The position numbers and the translations under genes were made by a program. Positions 54,400-64,000 of a stretch of DNA of 64,000 nucleotides are shown here, in pieces. This DNA is from Octopus vulgaris. Its lineage: Eukaryota. The stretch covers positions 15,562,001 to 15,626,000 of the forward strand of contig OX597834.1 in the NCBI GenBank assembly GCA_951406725.2, in the 5' to 3' direction. Every line of letters starts with the position of its first letter. Positions within the stretch are counted from its first letter, which is position 1. The notes under the pieces were generated by a model. It was not told the DNA's origin and ran no database searches. It worked only from the letters and a program-made list of their open reading frames with translations.

Positions 54400-54745
54400 C
54401 ATACGTTTGCTCATCACATTGCGGTTCGAAGCTTACATGTCCCTAGATCTTCGTGCATCATTAGGCCCCAAATCAACTATATGCCTATGGATTTCACACT
54501 CATCCTCGCTCCCTCCTCAATTTCTGCTACCATCGTTGCCATTTCCCCTCAGATGCGTTACATATGCACACAGCTCCCAATTTCTTCCTTCGTCTTAATT
54601 TCTCCCTACAGACTCTCATTCCAAACCCCACCTAACACCCTTTTTTTCCCCAATTCACTGATTTCTGCTAGCCTTCTGGTTTTTTTTCGCTCTTTTCTGT
54701 TTTGAAGGACGCAATTACCGAAACGTCGAATCCAAATTTTCTTTT
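54400..54745 (+). pseudogene. Possible extremely decayed Penelope-like 3' end
   Basis: Pieces TCP, GPKST and RLNFSLQTLIPN (LIFxLxTLxP-like) followed by TGAAGG..CCGAAACGTCG; weak and frameshifted. Confidence 0.3.
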
Positions 54746-54832
54746 ACACTGTTTTCTCATTCATGAGAATATATATATGTGTGTGCGTGTGGATACATAT
54801 ATGTATACATATATTCGTATAATATATATATC

Positions 54833-54980
54833 CGTTACTTAGCGGTTCGGCAAAAGGGATCGATAGAATAAGTACTGGGCTTACAAAAGAATAAGTCCCG
54901 GGGTCGAGTTGCTCGATTAAAGGCGGTGCTCCAGCATGGCCACAGTCAAATGACTGAAACAAGTAAAAGAGTAAAAGAGT
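54833..54980 (+). mobile_element. SINE family A, 5'-truncated
   Basis: 3' half with (TAAAAGAG)n tail. Confidence 0.88.
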
Positions 54981-54990
54981 ATATATATAT

Positions 54991-55334
54991 GAGGCGCATG
55001 GCTCAGTGGTTAGAGCGTCGAGCTTACGATCGTGAGGTTGTGAGTTCGAATCCCGGACCGGGCTGCGTGTTGTGTTCTTGAGCAAAGCACTTTATTTCAC
55101 GTTGCTCCAGTTCACTCAGCTGTAGAAATGAGTTGCGACGTCACTGGTGCCAAGCTGTATCGACCTTTGTCTTTCCCTTGGATAACACTGGTGGCGTGGA
55201 GAGGGAGGCCGGTATGCATGGGCGACTGCTGGTCTTCCATAAAAACAACCTTGCCCAGACTTGTGCCTCAGAGGGTAACTCTCTAGGTGCAAACCCATGG
55301 TCACACATGACCGAAGGGGGTCTTTACCCTTACC

Positions 55335-55336
<2 letters not shown>
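54991..55336 (+). mobile_element. tRNA-derived CORE-like SINE family D, full length
   Basis: TGGCTCAGTGG A box, GAGTTCGAATCC B box, CTTGAGCAAAGCACTT..CCAGTTCACTCAGCTGTAGAAATG CORE-like body, (TTACCC)2 tail. Confidence 0.88.
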
Positions 55337-55383
<47 letters not shown>

Positions 55384-55384
<1 letters not shown>

Positions 55385-55590
55385 CGGGAAGGTTTACGAA
55401 AATAAACAAAAGACGAAGGCAGGTGGAGTACAAACAAAAAAACGTATTAGTATAGCGCTCAGGAATAGAAAAAGTCTTTTACGTTTCGAGCCTACGCTCT
55501 TCGACAGAAAGATACACAGAAAAGAAACAAGGAGAGAAACAAGGAGAGAAAAAAATGCGTGTACGAGCTAACGATCTATCACGGCGTCCT
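55384..55590 (-). mobile_element. Family E element with variant hammerhead-like motif (55476-55511)
   Basis: Minus strand CTTT-CTGTCGA-A-GAGC(gtag)GCTC-GAAACGTA-AAAG; (TA)n both sides. Confidence 0.75.
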
Positions 55591-56014
55591 ATATATATAT
55601 ATTTATATATATATATATAAACATAAATGTGCGTGTGCACGCGAGCGTGTGTGTAAATATATATATATTTTTGTATTTATGTATGTATGTATAATTTTGT
55701 AGACAAGTGTATGTTAATTTGTAATGTAGATTACGTTGTATTGTTAATTTTATCAGGAATTAGGATTTCTTATCTTGTTCTTACCCACACACACATATTT
55801 ATGTGTTTTTTTGTGCTTAAATATATGTTTCTCTGTGTGTATTCTGTGAGAGAGAGCGTGCATGTGTGTGTTCGTGTGTGCGTGTGTATGTGTCCGTGTG
55901 CGCGCGTTATGCCTCGTATTGTTTTTTTTTGTTTTTTGTTCTGAATATATTTCCAGGTTGTTACTTATTTTCCTCGCCTCTATATCTCTTGTATATTTAT
56001 TCATTAAATGCTTG

Positions 56015-56087
<73 letters not shown>

Positions 56088-56244
56088 GGAGCGAGATGGC
56101 GCGGAGAGAGATTTATATTATACATATGGAAGAATATCTACATATATCACCGTATATGTATATATATATAAATAATCCATGCAGAATATAAACATATATG
56201 CAAATATATATATTTGCATTTAGTTAAAAATATATATATATAGA

Positions 56245-56286
<42 letters not shown>

Positions 56287-56675
56287 GTATGTAGGTATAT
56301 GTATATATAAATATATATATATATTTATAAATATATATGTATGTATGTATTTTTATATATAAATATATATATATATATTTATAAATATATATGTATGTAT
56401 GTATATGTATATATAAATATATATATATATTTATAAATATATATGTATGTATGTATATGTATATATAAATATATATATATATATATTTATAAATATATAT
56501 GTATGTATGTATATATATATAAATATATATGTATACATATGTATATGTATATGCATACACATACATATATGCATATATATATATATAAATATATATACAT
56601 ATTATCTTACTATATATATGTGCATGTGTTTTTGAATGTATGTATATACATATTCATATATGCATTCAGTTATAC

Positions 56676-56709
<34 letters not shown>

Positions 56710-57219
56710 GTATGTATATATATATACTTTCATATGTATCTGTGTGCATCATGAGTGGTGTGTGTAGGTGAGGGTACACACACACACTGTTCCCGCCTAC
56801 ATAAATATATCGTGTATGATTTTCTTTCCTTGCGATTGTTGTAGCAGCGGTTTTGATTTTCTGTTACGATTCCACAAATATTAAGCTGATAACGTTGATT
56901 CGTGAAATCTGTTGATAAGTCACAGATTAGAATCCATAGAATATTGCTATCGCAAGCAACCATTGCGATAGGTCTAGTGTACAATATATTATCAAAGTTA
57001 GTATACTAAGTGGTTTATACGAACAGTCAGAGTTTGTTAATAAATTTCGTCGCTTCCTTGATGCACAATTATTTTGTTGATACACAATTATACACATAAC
57101 TCTGTTCACGCCTAAACACTGCTTAGTGCTAACACTTTGTTTCATATACATATATATATATGTAGTCCTTTTGCTGCGGTAGGTAACGTAGGATAACGGT
57201 CGTTCTGATGATGGCTATA

Positions 57220-57383
57220 GGTGCAGGAGTGGCTATGTGGTAAGTAGCTGGCTTACCAAACACATGGTTCCGGGTTCAGTCCCACTGCGTAGCACCTTGG
57301 ATAAGTGTCTTCGACTATAGCCTCGAGCCGACCGAAGCCTTGTCAGTGGATTTGGTAGATGGAAACTGAAACAAGCCCGTCGT
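57220..57383 (+). mobile_element. SINE family A, 5' half
   Basis: ggtgcaggagtggctatgtggtaag...aagcccgtcgt. Confidence 0.88.
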
Positions 57384-57957
57384 ATTATGAGGAACTATAT
57401 GTCGCACATATAATTGTATACATACATTGCATACACAAAATTGTATGTATGTGTATATATATAATTCAGACACACACATATACACGTCGCACACGTATAT
57501 ATATTCATGTGTGTGTGTGTGTGTGTGTATGTGTGTGTGTGCTCACAAAATACGTGTTATATAATTGTGGATGTGCAGGTTGAACACAGACAAACGGTAG
57601 CTGAACATGTAAAACAAGAAGTTACTTTTCTTTGTTGAAAATGTTTTCATCAAATATTAATGTCTGCAATATTCGAGAACAAAAACCCAGCTGAACTTTA
57701 AAATATTCTTTCACGTCGTATATAAGAAGCGGAACTGGAACTTGGCCAGACATTTTGCTTGTTGGCACTGAACGATAAATTGTGGCTGAAAAAAAACAAA
57801 ACACTACTTGAAATTTCAGACCGAAAACACAAACATTAGATAAGTTTTCTGTCTTACCCTTTTGTCTTGTAACAAGAAATCTATGTACAGTCGTATCGAT
57901 TTCGTTTCTATCCTAATGTCAAAGTCAGCCTTAAAACTGTACATTTGTCTGTTTCTG

Positions 57958-58420
57958 TTACCTGATAATCGGGTGTTTCATTACTTGTATAAAATCCGTT
58001 CTGTCTGTCTGTCTGTGTGTGTCTACTAGGATCTCGGGCATCCTCCATCCGATTGCGCTCAAGTTTGATATGTAGATACCAACGGTATCAAGGCGCGAGC
58101 TGGCCGAAACGTTAGTACGCCGGGCGAAATGCGTAGCCGTATTTCGTCTGCCGTTACGTTCCGAGTTCAAATTCCGCCGAGGTAGACTTTGCCTTTCATC
58201 CTTTCGGGGTCGATAAATTAAGTACCAGTTACGCACTGGGGTCGATATAATCAACTTAATTTGTTTGTCTGTCGTTGTTTGTCCTCTCTGTGTTTTGCCC
58301 CTTGTGGGTAGTAAAGAAATAGGTATCAAGGCGCGTATAAGTCCTGAAAAAATTACAAAACTTGATTCCAGGTGAGAATGCGATCGATAAAGCCGTGGGA
58401 ACGTGCATTTGTAAATTCGT
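57958..58420 (+). mobile_element. HINE/DINE-1-like element interrupted by SINE B; right end uncertain
   Basis: (CTGT)n followed by ATCTCGGGCATCCTCCATCCGATTGCGCTCAAGTTTGATATGTAGAT, a typical HINE core layout. Confidence 0.5.
58096..58321 (+). mobile_element. SINE family B with 14-bp target-site duplication
   Basis: GGTATCAAGGCGCG at 58084-58097 and 58322-58335. Confidence 0.92.
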
Positions 58421-58823
58421 TTTTCTTGGAATAGAAAAAAAGTCTATCTTTATTTCTTCTTTTGCTGGTGTCTCAAATTTAGGTTAAATCAGTGTTTCTC
58501 AAAGGGGAGGCCTATGGGACGGTCGGACAAATTGTTTTGAGAAAATTTGGTTTAAATGTTTGACAACTCAGCACCGTCCATTGGACGGGGATCGTTTTTA
58601 ATATTTAATTAATTTCTCTGTGTGTAACTGAAACAACTGTAAGGATTAATGATCGATTTGTTGCTGATAATAAACTCTACTTAACTTGAATATTTCCATT
58701 TTCTTCTTCTTCATATATGTACCTATATATAATATATGTTATATATGTACATATATATATAAAATTGTTAATTAAATAAGATTATATTACGGGTTAAAAC
58801 TTTGTACTCCACCCACCCCAGTA

Positions 58824-58932
<109 letters not shown>

Positions 58933-58998
58933 AGAACATGTGTAGAAAATAATAAAAAGGAATTTTGTAGAATCTTCGTTCGGCTCCATTTCTTCCCT

Positions 58999-59127
<129 letters not shown>

Positions 59128-59169
59128 ACATCTTCAACCCAATATCTTCTGCATTTTATTGAAAATAAA

Positions 59170-60110
59170 GTACATGATCATCATAATAATCATCGTGATA
59201 TTCATCGTATTCCTCACCATCATCATCGCCATCGTCGACGTTGCTGCCATCATTACCACCACCACCACCACCCTTATGGTCATCACCGCCACCACCACCA
59301 CCACCACCGTCATCATGATCACTATCCTCCTCATCGTCATCATCATCCTCACCACCACCAATAATACCATCATCATCACTACCACCATCACCATCATCGT
59401 TATCATTAGCATCAACGTCATCGTCGTCATCATCATCATCATCACCACCAATAACGCCATCATCATCATTATCATCATCATCATCATCACTACCACCATC
59501 ACCATCAGTGTTATCATTATCATCATCATCGTTATCATTATCATCATCAACGTCGTCATCGTCATCATCATCATCATCATCATCACCACCAATAACGCCA
59601 TCATCATCATTATCATCATCATCATCATCATCATCACTACCACCATCACCATCATCGTTATCATTAGCATCAACGTCATCGTCGTCTTCATCATCATCAT
59701 CACCACCAATAACGCCATCATCATTATCATCATCATCATCACTACCACCATCACCATCATCGTTATCATTATCATCATCAACGTCATCGTTGTCGTCATC
59801 ATCACCACCACCAATAACGCCATCATCATCATTATCATCATCATCATCATCACTACCACCATCACCGTCATCGTTATCATTAGCATCAACGTCATCGTCA
59901 TCATCATCATCAGCACCACCAATAACGCCATCATCATCATTATCATCATCATCACTACCACAATCATCATCATCGTCATCATCATCATCACCACCAATAA
60001 CGCCATCATCATCATTATCATCATCATCATCATCACTACCACAATCACCATCATCGTTATCATTATCATCATCATCGTCATCGTCGTCGTCATCGTCATG
60101 GTCGTCGTCG
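59170..60110. repeat. (CAT/CAC)n-derived minisatellite with about 120-bp higher-order units (marker CACCAATAACGCC)
   Basis: Marker recurs near 59445, 59587, 59704, 59810, 59917 and 59992. Confidence 0.9.
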
Positions 60111-60339
60111 TGTTCGCTGATCTACAATGTTGGAAGCGATTTTGTGTTAAAGCTCCACTCTGACGTTTACAAGCTGAATGGCTGTCATGTTAATGTAAAT
60201 GAATAGTGAGAGACTGTCGATCACATTTATTGATTTTAATCAGTGAGATAAGAATATTAACTTCACTTCCTTTCCAATGAACCGGGCAAGAACCTGTGTA
60301 TGTCTTCTGTGTGTATGTGTGCACATGCGAGCACACGTA

Positions 60340-61126
60340 TATGTGTAAATACATATATACATAGGTACACACACATATATATATATTTGTGTGTATATAT
60401 TAAAATATGTATATATATATATATATGTATATATATGTATGTATATATATATATGTATATGTGTATATGTATATATATATATATATGTCTTCTTAATTAT
60501 ATGCGTTTGCATATCTCTGTCATATAAATTAGACATTTTGTTCACTGTCTTCATTCCGTGTGTTCGGTTAAGTATCACTCATTTTCATTTCATATCTATC
60601 TATCTCGCTGTATGTATGTATGTATGTATGTATGTATGTATGTATGTATGTATGTATGTATGTATATATGTATGTATATATATATGTATGTATGTATGTA
60701 TATGTATGTATGTATATGTATGTATGTATGTATATGTATGTATGTATATGTATGTATGTATGTATGTATGTATATATATGCATGTATGTATGTATATATA
60801 TATGCATGTATATATATATGTATATATGTATGTATATATATATATATGCATGGATGTATATATATATGTATATATATGTATGTATATATATATGTGCGTG
60901 TGTGTGTATGTATGTATATATGTGTATATATATATATATATATGTATGTGTGTATATATACATGTATGTATGTATGTATGTATATATATATGTATGTATG
61001 TATATATATGTGTGTATATATATATGTGTATATATATATGTATGTGTATATGTATATGTATGTATGTGTATATATATATGTGTGTATATATATGCTTGTA
61101 TATATATGCTTGTATGTATATATATA

Positions 61127-61165
<39 letters not shown>

Positions 61166-61168
61166 ATG

Positions 61169-61199
<31 letters not shown>

Positions 61200-61200
61200 G
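60340..61200. repeat. (TATG)n/(TA)n compound microsatellites
   Basis: Direct reading. Confidence 0.95.
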
Positions 61201-61328
61201 AGGAAGAAAGACAGAATGGAAGGATGAAAGAGAGAAAGAAGTGTTCAGCAAGATTTTTCACTGTAGTTAACAGAGTGTTCATAAAGAATAGGCAAAACAA
61301 AGTATTGCCAAATACGTTGACAGCCGTT

Positions 61329-61363
<35 letters not shown>

Positions 61364-61929
61364 CGAATCCAACTACAACGACGATCTAGTAGTGAGTGGT
61401 TTGACTGATTCTGTGTGCAGTTCTAGAACTACAAGAATTAACAGTTCTCTCTGCCAGGAATTCTACTCTGCGGCCTAAAAGCAAAAATATTTGATGATAT
61501 AATCTAATATATATGAGCACCTTGTGGTGTATATATATATTTGTGTGTGTACCTGTGTGTTTGTTTCTGTGTTTAAAGTAATAATTATTATATGCATGAG
61601 CATTTAACAGCATTCTTTGTATGCTATTGATAAACACCGAAGAGGCGTTTTCAAAAGAGTACGTAACATACTCTTAACAATCAGTTACAGAAACCTGGTA
61701 GTAAGTTTGCCGAAACACGTGTGTATTTTGCCAAATATGTTTTCTATATTTTATTTATACCCTATACATGTATATATGTGTCTTTGTGTATGTGTGTGTG
61801 TATATGTATGCATATATACTTTAATTGAAAAACGGTGACGAATGAAAATTTTGTAAATAATATTAGCTTTAATATTATTATTGTTATCATTATTATTATT
61901 TATTATCATCATTATTATTATGTATATAA

Positions 61930-61970
<41 letters not shown>

Positions 61971-62109
61971 ACCAATGCTAAAGGGTTAAAGTTGGTTAAT
62001 TTTTTTTTCTGTAGCTCTAGGATTTAAAAGGCCAGTTACCGGCTTCTATGACCAAGATCACAACATTTCTCCAGGTCTGTTGGAGGGTTCAAGTTTAACA
62101 ATTTTTAAG

Positions 62110-62270
62110 AGGGGAGGATATGGATTACATCAACCACTTGATTGATACAAAAGGATGAAAGGCAAAGTTGACCCCGTTGAGATTTGAACGAAGAAAGGAA
62201 AACTGATGGAAAAAATGTCACTAAGTATTTTGTCCGACGTTCTAACGATTCTACCAGCTTACTGCCTTAT
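62110..62270 (-). mobile_element. Old SINE family B relic
   Basis: aaaggatgaaaggcaaagttgaccc..atttgaac..ctaacgattctaccagct. Confidence 0.75.
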
Positions 62271-62713
62271 AAAGACGGTTAATGGATATTACTTAAAGTA
62301 CCCGCAATGTCCCTAAATATATCCCTTTAATGCTAGTGAATGCAAGATGCTTAAAGCCTGCTATTGTTCCACCAAAATAGCCGTTTAAAGTCCCTAAACG
62401 TCTGGCAATATTTCTTTGTATATAATTAGCAGGAAAACTATATTTATAAGTCCTTCCGTTTCCATCAGTCATCTACTTCTCTTCTCGTTCAGAATTTGTT
62501 AGTGTACATCACTTGCAGTTCGTCAAAACTTCCAATTTCCGCCATCATTAGCTTGAAAGAGAATGTCGCTTAAATATCATCAATGCCTCCATCTTCACCA
62601 GCACAAATGATCTCTTAATGACACTTCATTGAATGTCTCTTAATGACACTTTATTGCTCTCTGCAATCCCAGACTCTTCTGTTTGAATTTAGAAATGGAG
62701 GACATTTAATGTG

Positions 62714-62962
62714 GAGGCGTGTGGTTCAGTGGTGAGGGTGTTAGAATTACGATCGTAGAATTGTGGTTTCAAATCCTGAACCGGGCGATGCGTTGAGTTC
62801 TTCAGCAAAATAAATCATTTCACGTTGCCCCAGTGCTATCAGCTAGCAAAAATAATTAGTTCTACGATGGATGAACCGTCGTCCCATCCGGGGTGTAAAT
62901 ACGCCACCGAAACGGGGAAACTGACCCGCATGAGTCCATGGGGCTCGAGAAGAATGCTTTAT
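62714..62962 (+). mobile_element. Old family D-type CORE-like SINE with a third tail type
   Basis: Head and CORE colinear with 54991-55130, then CGATGGA..CGTCCCATCCGGGG..GAAACGGGGAAACT..GGCTCG. Confidence 0.7.
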
Positions 62963-63244
62963 ATCTATAATCATTTATGACGTTTGATACTCTTCAAATT
63001 TCCTCACTCTCCAATGCTTAAACGTTGTATAAATTCCATCAACGTTCTTGATCTCCATCACCTTTGGTCAGCAAGAAGACATCGCACAACAACTTTCTTC
63101 AACGTATCTAATTATTCACAATTTAAGGGTAATTAAAAGATGGTCTTTAAGTCTTTCGATATTGCTCAGTTCTGCCCCTTGAGATCAGCAATTAATGTCA
63201 GCTAGAAAATATTCGATATCTCACAGTCTGCAGTGTTGAAGGTC

Positions 63245-63722
63245 ACCTATGTGTTGGTCGTTTAAACATCGCCTATGTCCCTCAGTTTCCGTCGCTGAAG
63301 CTATCCAACATTTTGACTGCTTAAACATCGGCAATATCCATCAATTTCCGCTGCTTAAGGTCTCGCATATCTGGCAGTCTCCACTACTTAAGATCAACCC
63401 ACTGATTGATCTTAAACATCGACCAAGTCCGTCAACCTTCGTTGCGTGAGGTCATCATGTGCACATCGCCAATGTCCGTCAGTCTCCGCTGTTTAAGCTC
63501 TCCAATGGTTTGACTGTTTAAACATCGGTAATGTCTGTCAATTTCCACTGTTTAAGGTTTCCAACATCTCTCACTCTCCACCGTTTAAGGTCAATCATGG
63601 GTTGACCATTTAAACATTGATAACGTCCGTCAATCTTAGTTGCTTAAGATCACCGTTCAAACATCACCAATTCCCGCCAGTTTCAGCTACTTAAGGCCAC
63701 CAATGGGTTGACCATTTAAACA
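63245..63722. repeat. Diverged satellite: 25-35 bp subunits in a 197-198 bp higher-order repeat (about 2.3 copies)
   Basis: ACATC(G/A)CC.AT.TCC..CAGT starts at 63266, 63463 and 63661; recurring TTAAACAT and TTAAGG. Confidence 0.75.
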
Positions 63723-64000
63723 AGCTGTGTCCGTCAATCTCTGCTGTTTAATGACGACAAATGTATTTATTCTGTAGTGATTTGAAAACATAAAACGAGA
63801 AAGAAAAAGAAAAATGACATAACAAAAATGATACATTACAATAAGACAGAATTCACGAAAGATAACGCACACACACACATACACACATACACACAAACAA
63901 GCGCAGGCGCACGCACATACACGATAATAAATAAAAGATGAGACAGTGTTTCTTAGAAAAGGTTCAGGTGAAGATAATTCAAAGATAATGCCAAACATAT

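Noticed and set aside
56790-56815. GC box plus TATA-like (CCCGCC TACATAAATA) promoter
   Set aside because: Short motifs expected by chance; no downstream gene evidence.
61128-61478. ORF with poly-Ala from (GCA)n
   Set aside because: Starts in a TA microsatellite, no recognisable domain or clear splice structure.

Overview
Eukaryotic, AT-rich, extremely microsatellite-dense non-genic DNA. The tRNA-derived SINE set and repeat landscape point to an octopus (cephalopod) genome; this is inference. No host protein-coding gene is recognisable, and nearly all ORFs in the track are microsatellite artefacts. Content: about 40 copies or fragments of four tRNA-derived SINE families (CORE-like and Meta-like bodies with shuffled heads and tails), decayed LINE fragments (CR1-group, RTE, L1/Tx1), a decayed Penelope-like (GIY-YIG) ORF, Helentron-associated (HINE/DINE-1-like) elements, fold-back elements, minisatellites and long simple repeats. 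The most notable signal is a set of short non-coding elements inserted in (TA)n tracts that carry minimal type I hammerhead ribozyme motifs with palindromic stem III, often with inverted ends. They include a 545-bp-period tandem with two intact hammerheads (35261-36188) and a 75-bp hairpin with a hammerhead on each strand (45947-46102). These are consistent with Penelope pseudo-LTR or retrozyme-like elements. All calls were made by eye, and boundaries of decayed elements are approximate.
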